DNA of 56,352 nucleotides from a virus (Duplodnaviria; Caudoviricetes): positions 1 to 56,352 of the IMG/VR virus record IMGVR_UViG_3300044960_000268; one strand, 5' to 3'. Within the stretch, counting starts at the first letter, position 1. Each line of letters starts with the position of its first letter. The notes below the pieces were generated by a model. It had not been told where the DNA came from. It worked only from the letters and a program-made list of their open reading frames with translations, and searched no databases. Position numbers and translations under genes: made by a program. Shown piece after piece: positions 37,306 through 46,879 of the stretch.

Positions 37306-38162
37306 AACGCTATTGGATCAAGTTTGCCCTTCAATTGGCGGGGCAACCCGCCGATTTTTATTCAGGCGCTCGTAAGATCATTCGTAACGTTCATTGGACT
37401 CTTCCATGGGAAGAAGTCGATGATTTGTCATTGGCGGATGCGGGGTTCAAGTCAGCGAAGCTCGCCCAGTTGAGGCGGAACTACATCCACAGTGAGTCGA
37501 TCAAGGCAGCGGCTCAGCTGTGGGAAGGTCGCCTTAAGCGGAACAAATACGGTAGTGTGGGTTTCCACTGCTTCAACCACTACATCAAAGGAACCGACAA
37601 AAGCCATGAAGAGTTTCTAGCTGCCGAACGTGCGGGGATACGTCAACGATCCAAACGCGCTAGCGTCATGGGTCCTTGTATCCAGTCGGTGTCTATCACT
37701 CTTCTTCCTAACTCACGAACTTCTGTGGACTTATTCTATCGTACCACGGAGTTGTTTAAGAAATTTCCAGCTGATCTGGTTTTCATACGAGATGAGCTTC
37801 TCGCTTCCTTCGACTTCACGTCCGCACCCATCGATCATCTCAATTTCCATTTCGCCAATGTGACTTGCCATCCGATGTACTTCGTCACCTTACTGCCGAT
37901 CCTGAAGTCTCCCATCTTCGCCATGGTCAAGATAAAGAACCGAGACCCATACTTTCATGATTGGATGGTGAAGTGGACGGCTCGCTATCTGTGTTCTGAG
38001 TACATGCGAGGTATACAGAAGTTCCAGCAGGCATTGCGAGTTCGCAAGGATGCTTTAGAGAGACTAGACGAGAGTTTACTCCTTGAGATCCAGTTATACT
38101 TGCGCGACAACCATCCGGGATACCGCAACGACTACGAGGATCCTGATGAAGAGAAGGATTGA
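37302..38162 (+). CDS. Divergent thymidylate-synthase-fold protein
   Basis: GPCIQS (catalytic Cys position) and FYRTTELFKKFPAD, which aligns to TS xRSxD......N/D. Confidence 0.6.
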   Translation: MKRYWIKFALQLAGQPADFYSGARKIIRNVHWTLPWEEVDDLSLADAGFKSAKLAQLRRNYIHSESIKAAAQLWEGRLKRNKYGSVGFHCFNHYIKGTDKSHEEFLAAERAGIRQRSKRASVMGPCIQSVSITLLPNSRTSVDLFYRTTELFKKFPADLVFIRDELLASFDFTSAPIDHLNFHFANVTCHPMYFVTLLPILKSPIFAMVKIKNRDPYFHDWMVKWTARYLCSEYMRGIQKFQQALRVRKDALERLDESLLLEIQLYLRDNHPGYRNDYEDPDEEKD

Positions 38163-38355
38163 ACCGGGCGACCGTGTGGTCTGCATCAATGATCGACCAT
38201 TCCGCCATGAGAACGTCTATGGCTTGACAAAAGGGGAAGTCTACACAGTAGCGAGTGTCATATGCTCAGGGGCGGGGCTAGTTCTTAAAGAGCTTGATCC
38301 GTTCCCGTTGAAGGGCTTCTACGCTCATCGCTTCGAGAGGGTTACATCATGCTGA
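38146..38355 (+). CDS. Small hypothetical protein
   Basis: GAGG RBS; PGDRVVCIND...LTKGEVYTV...RFE pattern common in phages. Confidence 0.65.
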   Translation: MKRRIEPGDRVVCINDRPFRHENVYGLTKGEVYTVASVICSGAGLVLKELDPFPLKGFYAHRFERVTSC

Positions 38356-39224
38356 TGATCTTCCATGACAAGTTCCCTGAAGTAGTCACCCACTTGATCC
38401 GGATGTTTGATCATTCGGGAAAGTGGGTTCATCCGCATCGTTGGCAAGGAGTGGACGTTCAAAAGCGCCCAGAAGCGCTTATGCGAGAGTTAGTCAATGT
38501 CACAATCGGGTTCTACCTCCAAGGGAACATGAACCTCGATTATTGGCAATCAGAGGTAAAGCCCAATCTCCCTTGGGCGGATGATCATTTTGAAGAACGA
38601 GTTAGCGGAGCCCCCCTCAATCCCGGAACCCAGTGGAAACACTGGCCTTGGGCGAACAGTGCAGACAACTTCCGGGAGGCCGGTCAATTCAACCACACCT
38701 ACATGGAACGTTTCTGGCCGAAGTATGCCGGAATTCTCACGGGCGAACTCAACACTGTGGAAGATTTTCATTCTCGTCTGAATAATCTCGATGAGTCGAA
38801 TGAAGGGGGCATCGATGAGCTTCGAGGCATTCGCCATTCCTATGGCGATCTCGAGGATGTAGTCAAGCTTCTGATCAAGGATCCTTTCACACGTCAAGCT
38901 TATCTTCCGATATTCTTTCCCGAAGATACCGGAGTAGGCGACGGGGGCCGGAAACCCTGCACTCTGGGTTATCAATTCATTCGGCGGGAGAACGAGATGC
39001 ATCTCTACTATCCGATGAGATCATGCGACTTCGTTCGCCATTTCCGCGATGACGTCTATCTCGCCATCCGCCTTGTTCTGTGGGTCCTTCACCAGTTGCA
39101 TGTTCGATCCCCGTGGGCATGGAGAAATGTTCTGCCAGGACAATTCATAATGCACATGACCAGTCTCCATATGTTTGTCAACGACTGGCATCGGTTGACT
39201 CAACATCACGGGGAGAAGGTTTGA
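38349..39224 (+). CDS. Thymidylate synthase / dCMP hydroxymethylase-family enzyme (cytosine-type Asp)
   Basis: DPFTRQAY, RKPCTLGYQF, MRSCDFVRHFRDD and SLHMF motifs. Confidence 0.85.
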   Translation: MLMIFHDKFPEVVTHLIRMFDHSGKWVHPHRWQGVDVQKRPEALMRELVNVTIGFYLQGNMNLDYWQSEVKPNLPWADDHFEERVSGAPLNPGTQWKHWPWANSADNFREAGQFNHTYMERFWPKYAGILTGELNTVEDFHSRLNNLDESNEGGIDELRGIRHSYGDLEDVVKLLIKDPFTRQAYLPIFFPEDTGVGDGGRKPCTLGYQFIRRENEMHLYYPMRSCDFVRHFRDDVYLAIRLVLWVLHQLHVRSPWAWRNVLPGQFIMHMTSLHMFVNDWHRLTQHHGEKV

Positions 39225-39274
39225 GTTGGATCGTGGCCGTTGATTACGGCAATTAAACCTGAGAGGAGAGAGCC

Positions 39275-39724
39275 ATGTTGACTCGAGCCCCCGTACCCGT
39301 GTTCAAGCATCAAACAAAAGAGTTAGCTGTTCTTTTGTTGCTGGCAATCCTTTGGGCAAAGGAAGAGCCCAAGGATTTGCTGGATATGCGAAACATCATC
39401 AATTCGAGGTTCCCAGCTTGGTGGCTATTGAAGGCTGCTGAATTGCTGGGCCTCGAAGATCCCAAGGATGTGTGGAGAGGGAGGGACCCCCTAACCTGTT
39501 TAAGCAACGCTCAAGGGGCTCTTTTCCAACATTTCACTCGCTTCGGATTGAAGATTTACAAGAGTAAAAAGAGGAGAGAGCCGCGAGAGACCGGTAAAGA
39601 GAGAGTTATTCACCTGACATCGTTCAGAAACGGAAGTAAGCTAAAAGCCCCTGAGATACACGACAAAGAAGCCATTGAAGACCTTCTATCGGACTTCATC
39701 GAGTTTCTGAAGTCTATCCACTAA
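39275..39724 (+). CDS. Hypothetical protein
   Basis: GAGGAGAG RBS; lies within the nucleotide operon. Confidence 0.6.
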   Translation: MLTRAPVPVFKHQTKELAVLLLLAILWAKEEPKDLLDMRNIINSRFPAWWLLKAAELLGLEDPKDVWRGRDPLTCLSNAQGALFQHFTRFGLKIYKSKKRREPRETGKERVIHLTSFRNGSKLKAPEIHDKEAIEDLLSDFIEFLKSIH

Positions 39725-39735
39725 AGGAGGGTCCT

Positions 39736-40197
39736 TTGCGTATCACTCGGCACCAGATGTTTATGGAGATCGCTCGCGTCGTTTCGAAGCGTAGTACGTG
39801 TTTTCGCCTCAACGTGGGCGCTATCCTCGTCCAAGACAATCGCATCATAAGCATGGGCTACAATGGTGAACCGCCTGGGTATCCCCATTGCTCTCGCCCG
39901 TGCAATGCGGGTGAGTGCAATACTATCCACGCCGAACGAAATGCGATTGATCACCGAGCGGTGACGAAGAACTGCGGTAAGATAACCCTCTATGTCACTG
40001 ATAGTCCTTGTGCTTCCTGCGCTCAAGCTATCATCGATGCGGGTATTCATCGAGTGCTCTTCTCCTCCTTCTATCGCGACCTTAGCCCCGTTTCTCTTTT
40101 GATTACAAACGGCATTCCTGTTTATCGCATACTCCCCAACGGTTGTGTGATCGATATGGCTACAAATCGAGTGATGACTCCGGAGGAGCTTCGATGA
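39736..40197 (+). CDS. dCMP deaminase
   Basis: RSTC.R..VGA, GYNG, HAE.NAI and PCASC motifs; AAGGAGG RBS. Confidence 0.9.
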   Translation: MRITRHQMFMEIARVVSKRSTCFRLNVGAILVQDNRIISMGYNGEPPGYPHCSRPCNAGECNTIHAERNAIDHRAVTKNCGKITLYVTDSPCASCAQAIIDAGIHRVLFSSFYRDLSPVSLLITNGIPVYRILPNGCVIDMATNRVMTPEELR

Positions 40198-40321
40198 TCC
40201 CGCGCGTCTATCACATCAGACAACCCCATCCACCCGGAGCTGTGCGAGTAGACCGTTCAACGCCATACGGCAATCCATGCCCCGAAACGTTGTCACGCTG
40301 AAACCTGGTTGAGGATCGTTA

Positions 40322-42961
40322 ATGGACCGCACGTGCGCTAGGAGCTGCATAGATTGCAAGCTCCACAGAACGGCGAGCATCGTCGGAATCCTCGGCGTTG
40401 GACCTGATCCGTGTGATGCTATGATTATTGGGGAGGCTCCGAACGAACAAGGCGAGCCCTTTGTTGGGCGCGCCGGTCGCCTCCTTAGTGAAATAATGGA
40501 GACTGTAGGTCTTAATCGTCGGAAGGTTTTCATTACCAATGCTGTCTCTTGTCGGCCTCCTGACAATCGCACTCCCACCAAGGGCGAGGTTCGCGCGTGC
40601 AATCGATGGCTTCAGTATCAAATCAAACACGTTAAGCCCAAATACGTCCTTCTTCTCGGCAATACGGCATTACAGTCGATTACCGGAGCCTCTGGTATAA
40701 AGAAAGTTCGTGGCCGACCTTTTGAGCGAAACGGTATCATCTATCTCGCAACGTACCATCCCTCATTCATTCTTCGAGACGATACACAGCGCCCGTATCT
40801 CGAGCGAGACCTGCGTCTCTTTGCAACGATCATCAAAGAAGGGGGGATCCCGCGAGAGAAGGAACTTAACTATACAGTCGTGCGCAATCGTGCGCAATTC
40901 GATCTCATGATAGAAGACCTTAGGGGTATCATATCCTTCGACCTTGAAACATCTTGCCTTTATCCGTGGCAGAAGGTCAATGAAAAAGGTCAAAAAGACC
41001 CTGCTCGCATCAACACTATAGGCTTCGGAACAAAGCATCATCAATGGGTCTTACCAATTGCCCACAGGGAGTCACCTTGGAATGAAGACGCAATCGACGG
41101 AATGATAAGGGAGATCGACTCTATCGTCCCTCGTTGCCAGCTGGTGATGCATAACGGAAAGTTCGACGTTCTGTGGATGGCAGTCCATTTCGGTGTCTGG
41201 TGGAAAAATCACTTCGACACTATGCTGGCTCATTACGCCTTAGACGAGAATAGCGAACATGGACTCAAGAAGCTTGCGCAACGCTACTGCGGAGCTCCTG
41301 ATTGGGACATTGATGCTAGCGCTAAGAAGGGCAACTCAACACTCGATCAACTCGCATTGTATCAAGCTCATGACCTCTACTATACTCGGCTTCTCCGGTT
41401 CCTTTTCTCTGATAAGCTCAGTGAGGATCCTCAAGTTGAACGAGTGTTCGCCCGCATCTTGATGCCGTGCTCCCGTCTGTTCACGGAGATCGAGTACGAG
41501 GGTATCTACGTTGACCACACGAAATTCGATCAGGCTGAGACCGCATTGCGTGAGGCGATGGCCGCCTCTAAAGCAGAGCTTGACAAATTCCTCGAAGGTT
41601 TACCCGCCTCTGCTCGTCAGACTTTCAACTGGGGCTCTACAAAGGATCTTCGCTTCTTGCTCTTCGATCACCTGAGACTACCTGTCATTGAGAAGACAAG
41701 GGGCGGGGTTCCCTCATGCAATGAGAGCGTGCTTAAGCGCATCGATCATCCAATTGGATCAGCGCTCATCAAGTTCAGAGAAGCGAAACAGCAGCTCTCC
41801 TTTTTCATCGAAGGATGGAAGCCTTTCCTCCACAAGAAGCGACTTGAAGGACGAATGCACTACTTCCTTCATCCTTCTTTCAAGATCCACGGTACAGTCA
41901 CAGGGCGATTGTCGTGCGAGCACCCCAATCTTCAGCAAGTTCCCCGCGACAAGCGAATTAGGTCATTGATCACTGCCGAACCAGGTTGGACGTTAGTTGA
42001 GTGCGACCTTTCGCAAATCGAGTTGCGTATCGCAGCTGAGCTTGCTCAAGAGCCAACGATGATCCACGCCTTTACTCATGGGATCGACGTTCATTGGCTT
42101 ACGACTATTCGTGAGATTGAACGAGGTGCTGGTCAGCGGGATCTCGTGGTTAATACGGCTTTTACGTGGCGTAGGAAGAGGGATCCTGAAGCGAAAGTTC
42201 CGACATATAGTGTAGCCATCCAAGACCTATTGAAGATGGGACCGGATGAGGCGGCAGAAATAAACGAAGCGTGGAAAGAACTGAGGAAAAAGGCGAAGGC
42301 TATCAATTTCGGGTACCTCTACGGGATGTGGTGGAAGAAGTTCAAACGATACGCCTATGATAATTATGGCGTAACCATCAGTGACGAAGATGCAGAGGCT
42401 TCCCGTACTTTCTTCTTTTCGACCTATAGTCGCTTAGAGGACTGGCATAAAGCCCAAAAGCGTTTCGCCAGACGTAACGGATACGTGCGCACGCTTAGTG
42501 GTCGCAAGCGTCGATTGCCGGATGCTACTCACATCGAGGACTCGCCGGCACGCGCTGCCGCTGAACGTCAAGCGATCAATTCACCAGTGCAATCGTTCGC
42601 CAATGAACTCAATCTCATGGCGGCGCTCCAGCTACGCAAAGAGTTCAGTCGATCCATCGTGCGCATCTGTGGAACTGTCCACGATGCTATCTTGATGCGA
42701 GTCAAGAACCCATATATTGAACGGGTCACCTCTCGCCTTCTCGAGATCATGAAACGTCCAGCTCTGCTCGATGAGTGGGGCATTGAACTCCGAGTTCCCA
42801 TCGAGGCCGAAGCGAAGATCGGTCCATGGGGAGATAGCGTATCATTCGAGAAGTGGAGAAAAGAGCATGTTGGAGTTTCTGATCTTCCTCCAGAGAATGA
42901 GGGACGAGCAAAGCAACAGCGTGCGGATCGTGCAAGAGCACATCCTGAAAAAGTATCTTGA
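40322..42961 (+). CDS. polA: Family A DNA polymerase with an N-terminal family-4 uracil-DNA glycosylase domain
   Basis: UDG: CxxC, IGEAP, FVG.AG, TNAV.CRP, YHPS. Exonuclease: DLET, HNGKFD, Y...D. Polymerase: DLSQIELR, KAINFGYLYG, VHDA. Confidence 0.95.
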   Translation: MDRTCARSCIDCKLHRTASIVGILGVGPDPCDAMIIGEAPNEQGEPFVGRAGRLLSEIMETVGLNRRKVFITNAVSCRPPDNRTPTKGEVRACNRWLQYQIKHVKPKYVLLLGNTALQSITGASGIKKVRGRPFERNGIIYLATYHPSFILRDDTQRPYLERDLRLFATIIKEGGIPREKELNYTVVRNRAQFDLMIEDLRGIISFDLETSCLYPWQKVNEKGQKDPARINTIGFGTKHHQWVLPIAHRESPWNEDAIDGMIREIDSIVPRCQLVMHNGKFDVLWMAVHFGVWWKNHFDTMLAHYALDENSEHGLKKLAQRYCGAPDWDIDASAKKGNSTLDQLALYQAHDLYYTRLLRFLFSDKLSEDPQVERVFARILMPCSRLFTEIEYEGIYVDHTKFDQAETALREAMAASKAELDKFLEGLPASARQTFNWGSTKDLRFLLFDHLRLPVIEKTRGGVPSCNESVLKRIDHPIGSALIKFREAKQQLSFFIEGWKPFLHKKRLEGRMHYFLHPSFKIHGTVTGRLSCEHPNLQQVPRDKRIRSLITAEPGWTLVECDLSQIELRIAAELAQEPTMIHAFTHGIDVHWLTTIREIERGAGQRDLVVNTAFTWRRKRDPEAKVPTYSVAIQDLLKMGPDEAAEINEAWKELRKKAKAINFGYLYGMWWKKFKRYAYDNYGVTISDEDAEASRTFFFSTYSRLEDWHKAQKRFARRNGYVRTLSGRKRRLPDATHIEDSPARAAAERQAINSPVQSFANELNLMAALQLRKEFSRSIVRICGTVHDAILMRVKNPYIERVTSRLLEIMKRPALLDEWGIELRVPIEAEAKIGPWGDSVSFEKWRKEHVGVSDLPPENEGRAKQQRADRARAHPEKVS

Positions 42962-43070
42962 CAACGATCCCGAAGCAAGGAGCTTTTATGAGCGATACAT
43001 TTCAGGTCAGCCAGAGCAAACTGGAGCGGTGGCGAAAGTGCAGGTACTCCTATCACCTCCGTTACAATGA
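42867..43070 (+). CDS. Possible small overlapping protein
   Basis: GGAGA RBS before MLEFLIFLQ; overlaps both neighbours. Confidence 0.35.
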   Translation: MLEFLIFLQRMRDEQSNSVRIVQEHILKKYLDNDPEARSFYERYISGQPEQTGAVAKVQVLLSPPLQ

Positions 43071-44112
43071 GAAGTTAAGGCCGAAAAGCAAAGGGCGGCC
43101 TCTATACTTCGGCTCGCTCGTTCACTCCATGATCGATGCAGAAGCAAACGGCCGAGATCCCTTCAGTGTTCTCGACGAGATACCTCTTGAAGAACTTCGG
43201 ATGTTCCAGTCAGAGAAAGAGGAATACGGAAACCTGATCGAAGATGTCCGTCATATCATGACCGATTACTTCGATTTCTGGGAGAAAAACCCCCTTGAAT
43301 ATGTCCCGGTGGGGCGACGATACACCGAACATGAATTCAAAGTAGAGGTCTCCCCCGGGATCCTGTGTACGGGAAAGATCGACGCCATCGCTAACTCAAA
43401 TCAGCTAAGATGGCTAGTGGAACATAAAACTCATAAGCACATCCCGAACGAGAACCAAAGATGGCGAAACCTTCAATCCGCTATCTATATTCGCATCATC
43501 GATATGCTTGGATGGGAGCCAGTCGATGGAACATGTTGGGATTACATCCGATCTAAGTCGCCTTCTTATCCACAGGTGCTGAAAAACGGGCAACTGTCAA
43601 AGCGAGGGATCGACTCGTTGCCCTCTCGCGTATTCGACACTCTCGAGAGGCTCCGGATTTCGCCTAAGAAAGCTAGCCATCTCATCGAAAGCGTCATGAG
43701 GAACCGCAAATATTATTTCCAGAGAGTTTTTACCCCGACAAAGCCCAAGTTAGTCGATAGCGTATTTCGTGATTTCGTAGAGACCGCAAAGGAAATGAGA
43801 GAGCTTAGTGAGAAAGTAAAGGCCAAGACTATCGGACGTCACTGTGAATGGTGTGAGTTCGAGCCGATTTGTCGAGCTGAGCTTACCGGTGCTGATGCGG
43901 ACTTCGTAAAAAAGGCAAGGTTCACCCAAGAGAGCAAAGATGAAAAAACCAGTAAAAAGATCGGAAGCGAGCGCGTCCTCCCTAGACGTCCGCCCGGTTG
44001 GCCAGATAAAGCGCCATCTGAGCGTGTGCCTTTACGGTCGAAGCGGAAGCGGAAAGACCACCTTAGCCGCGAGCGCCCCGAAGCCCCTACTTTATCTCGA
44101 CGTGAAGGATGA
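42988..44112 (+). CDS. Cas4/RecB-like PD-(D/E)XK exonuclease
   Basis: VSQSKL....C, GSLVH, GKIDAI...VEHKT, Q..IY and CEWCEF..IC motifs. Confidence 0.85.
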   Translation: MSDTFQVSQSKLERWRKCRYSYHLRYNEKLRPKSKGRPLYFGSLVHSMIDAEANGRDPFSVLDEIPLEELRMFQSEKEEYGNLIEDVRHIMTDYFDFWEKNPLEYVPVGRRYTEHEFKVEVSPGILCTGKIDAIANSNQLRWLVEHKTHKHIPNENQRWRNLQSAIYIRIIDMLGWEPVDGTCWDYIRSKSPSYPQVLKNGQLSKRGIDSLPSRVFDTLERLRISPKKASHLIESVMRNRKYYFQRVFTPTKPKLVDSVFRDFVETAKEMRELSEKVKAKTIGRHCEWCEFEPICRAELTGADADFVKKARFTQESKDEKTSKKIGSERVLPRRPPGWPDKAPSERVPLRSKRKRKDHLSRERPEAPTLSRREG

Positions 44113-44758
44113 AGGGACGGACTCAATCGCAGACGTCGAAGGGATCGATGTCTTCGATGTGCAGTCCTTCTCCGATTTCGAAGACGTCTATTGGTGGTTA
44201 AAGAAGAACCCCAAGAAGTATAAGACGGTGGTGATCGATACTTGCACGCAATTACAGAACATGGTTGTGCAGGAGATCGGCGGCGAAAAGTCCTCCAAAA
44301 AGGGGAAACAAGCGGGCGATTGGGGTAGCATGACCAAACGAGATTGGGGAGAAGTATCCGCCCTTCTCAAAGAGTGGTTGGTGAACTATCGTGATCTGAC
44401 TAAGCTAGGGATCACCGTGATCTTCATCGCCCAAGATCGCACATTCAACCTCAGTGACGAGGAAAACGAAAACACTGAATTACTGGCGCCTGAAATAGGC
44501 CCAGCCTTGTCGCCTAGCGTTGCGCGTACCTTGAACGCCGCTGTCTCGGTGGTTGCCAACACTTACATCCGTGAACGCACCATCGAGAAAGAGGTCAAAG
44601 GGAAAAAAGTGAAGAAGAAAGTAATCGAGTACTGTCTCGGCGTCGGACCCAGCTCGCTTTACACGCGCAAGGTCCGCAAGCCAAAGCGTAACGAGCTTCC
44701 GGACGTTATCGTAAATCCGGAATTCGATGACCTTGTTGCTCTCACCAGAGGAGAATGA
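43940..44758 (+). CDS. Sak4-like (AAA_24) ssDNA-annealing ATPase
   Basis: LYGRSGSGKTT, VVIDT and DWG motifs; lies between the exonuclease and SSB genes. Confidence 0.85.
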   Translation: MKKPVKRSEASASSLDVRPVGQIKRHLSVCLYGRSGSGKTTLAASAPKPLLYLDVKDEGTDSIADVEGIDVFDVQSFSDFEDVYWWLKKNPKKYKTVVIDTCTQLQNMVVQEIGGEKSSKKGKQAGDWGSMTKRDWGEVSALLKEWLVNYRDLTKLGITVIFIAQDRTFNLSDEENENTELLAPEIGPALSPSVARTLNAAVSVVANTYIRERTIEKEVKGKKVKKKVIEYCLGVGPSSLYTRKVRKPKRNELPDVIVNPEFDDLVALTRGE

Positions 44759-44762
44759 GCCA

Positions 44763-45548
44763 ATGAGCTCCCCACGTGATCGCCGGAAGGCGAAAAAGAT
44801 GATCCGTATTCCCAATCTGTATCACGTCGAAGGCCGAGCTACTCCCGTACCCGAGGGGACCTACGTCGCCAAGGTGATCGAAGTCAGCCAGGAGGAAGGT
44901 CAGGCTGCCGACTACTTGAGATGGGTTTTCGAGATTATCGAAGGCAATCAGAAGGGCAAGAAGCTCTACTACAATACGTCGATGGCCGAGCAGGCTTTGT
45001 GGAATTTGCGTAGTTTGCTCGAGGCGTTGGGCCAGGAGATCCCCGACGATGAGCTAGATATCGACCCGTCCGACATGCTTGATCTAGAGATCATCCTCAC
45101 CGTCGAGCATGAAAAGTACGAAGGGCGGCCTCGTGCCAAGGTCATCGACTTTGGTCCTGTAAATGAGAAGAACGAGAGTGATGAAGAGGAGGAGAAGCCC
45201 TCTCGTTCCAAGAAAGCCTCGCACGACGAGGATGATGAAGAAGAGGCTCGTCGTCTTCGTCGGGCCGAGCGTCGCAAGAAGAGGAAGGAGCGTGCTAAGC
45301 AAGCTGAAGATGAAGAGGAGGACGAGGAGGAGCCCACACCTCGAAAGAGCGACAAGCCCGCTCCCAAGGAGACGTACAGTGATGATGAGATCAGTGAGGA
45401 CGATCTACTTGGTATGAGTCAGGATGAGTTGTCTGACTTCATCTCCGAGCATGATCTCGATGTGGATCTCGATGACTATAAGGGTAGCCTGAGGCAAATG
45501 AGAAAAGCGGTCATTAACGCCGCCAGAAAGAGTGACATTATCGAGTAG
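44763..45548 (+). CDS. DUF669-like ssDNA-binding protein with an acidic tail
   Basis: PVPEGTY, ALWNLRSLLEALG and EKYEGR motifs. Confidence 0.75.
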   Translation: MSSPRDRRKAKKMIRIPNLYHVEGRATPVPEGTYVAKVIEVSQEEGQAADYLRWVFEIIEGNQKGKKLYYNTSMAEQALWNLRSLLEALGQEIPDDELDIDPSDMLDLEIILTVEHEKYEGRPRAKVIDFGPVNEKNESDEEEEKPSRSKKASHDEDDEEEARRLRRAERRKKRKERAKQAEDEEEDEEEPTPRKSDKPAPKETYSDDEISEDDLLGMSQDELSDFISEHDLDVDLDDYKGSLRQMRKAVINAARKSDIIE

Positions 45549-45562
45549 AGGCGTGACGATTT

Positions 45563-45600
45563 AGGAGAGCGTAGTCAACCAGAACTACGCTCTCCTCTTT
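45563..45600 (+). terminator. Stem-loop / terminator
   Basis: 12-bp stem ggagagcgtagt/actacgctctcc. Confidence 0.65.
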
Positions 45601-45614
45601 GTGGAGAGAGGACC

Positions 45615-46079
45615 ATGGAATTTTTCAAGTGGAACCATCTTCGACCTTTTGAAGGCGGCCTTTGGCGGTTTGTTAATCGAGAGGGTCAAGCAGTTCCTCA
45701 AGTGGTATGCCATAACTGCGGTAAGGCGACTACTTTGCTTCGTCACTGTATCCATGCCACCGGGTACGTCAGCCCAGACTTCGCTTGCAAATGCGGAAGC
45801 AAAGGATCGATCAGGCTGATTGGATGGGACGGAGGAACTCGATCTATCAAGATCTCAGTTCCGTTCAAACGGGAACAGTGCTACGATTGTCATTTTTACC
45901 GAGGTAATAGCAAAGAAGGGTATTGCCACAGGAGAGCTCCCGTGATTAGCCCTTCTGTTTCGATAGCTCTTTTTCCTGCTGTGAAAAGCGAGGATTGGTG
46001 TGGAGAATACGAAAGGAAAACCGATGCGAATGATCACAGCCAGCGGGCAGATAGTGAACCTGTTGGATCCACAGCCTGA
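45615..46079 (+). CDS. Cys-rich (Zn-binding) hypothetical protein
   Basis: CHNC, CKCG, CYDC..Y..C and DWCGE motifs; GAGG RBS. Confidence 0.65.
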   Translation: MEFFKWNHLRPFEGGLWRFVNREGQAVPQVVCHNCGKATTLLRHCIHATGYVSPDFACKCGSKGSIRLIGWDGGTRSIKISVPFKREQCYDCHFYRGNSKEGYCHRRAPVISPSVSIALFPAVKSEDWCGEYERKTDANDHSQRADSEPVGSTA

Positions 46080-46650
46080 TACAATTCTGCTTGAGGACAT
46101 TGCAACTCATCTGTCCCGCATTCGGCGATGGGTAGGCGCTGCTGACATCAGCGTTGCAGCCCATTCGTTGCTTGCAACGCGCCTCGCTCGCGCGAACGGC
46201 GAGGATCCTTACTCATGTCTGTGGACATTGCTTCACGACGCTCACGAAGCCTATACAGGAGACATCTCTACACCCATGAAGCAAGTCTTCAATGGGCCTT
46301 TCGGCGTTCCGGGGTTCCTCCTCGAGATTGAACGAACCCTTGATATAGCCATTCGGCAGTCTCTTGGAATAGAGGAATGGCATACACTCGAAGCGGTCAG
46401 TGCTGCTGAGCATTACGATGCTTTGGCTTGGCAGTTAGAGAGGCGAGTCCTTCTACCAGATCATAAGGAGTTTCCAAAGTGCTATGATGATCTACCCAAA
46501 GAGCTCGACTCTCAGGTTCACCTTCTTAGCAAAGTGGACGTTAAGGACCGGTTCTTGACGACTTACCACTACTATAGATTAATGGTAGTCGAACAACAGG
46601 AAACGAATGATGAGAGATACAAAGTATCGAAGCCTGTTCAAGCTTGCTGA
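46024..46650 (+). CDS. HD-domain 5'-deoxynucleotidase (YfbR-like)
   Basis: EDIA.HLS...R, SVAAHS and LLHDAHEAYTGDI.TP.K motifs. Confidence 0.85.
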   Translation: MRMITASGQIVNLLDPQPDTILLEDIATHLSRIRRWVGAADISVAAHSLLATRLARANGEDPYSCLWTLLHDAHEAYTGDISTPMKQVFNGPFGVPGFLLEIERTLDIAIRQSLGIEEWHTLEAVSAAEHYDALAWQLERRVLLPDHKEFPKCYDDLPKELDSQVHLLSKVDVKDRFLTTYHYYRLMVVEQQETNDERYKVSKPVQAC

Positions 46651-46879
46651 AGAATGCGGAGAGCTCGTACAGGTTCTCGGGAAGATCGGGGTCTTTCCCG
46701 AAGGAGATCATCCCGATGGTAGGGGCCATCTCCATGATCGAGTAAAAGATGAAATTGCAGATGTTGCGGCAGCTCTTCAGTACTTCATGGAGACTCACCA
46801 CTTTGAATTTGACCATGATCGGTATCAATATAAGCTGAAACAATTTCGAGAACGAGGCCTCTGTGTCGAAGAAACCTGA
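46607..46879 (+). CDS. MazG-like nucleotide pyrophosphohydrolase
   Basis: KLAEECGELVQ...K...DEIADV motif. Confidence 0.8.
   Translation: MMRDTKYRSLFKLAEECGELVQVLGKIGVFPEGDHPDGRGHLHDRVKDEIADVAAALQYFMETHHFEFDHDRYQYKLKQFRERGLCVEET

Noticed and set aside
39736-40900. Uracil- or hmU-substituted genome
   Set aside because: The UDG domain looks intact and both TS-fold proteins have the cytosine-type Asp. It is not strictly excluded without chemistry.
42988-44112. CRISPR-Cas (Cas4) locus
   Set aside because: No repeat-spacer array or other cas genes. The context (Sak4, SSB) indicates a phage recombination exonuclease.
46024-46879. 2-aminoadenine (Z) genome pathway (DatZ/MazZ)
   Set aside because: No PurZ/adenylosuccinate-synthetase homologue is present.
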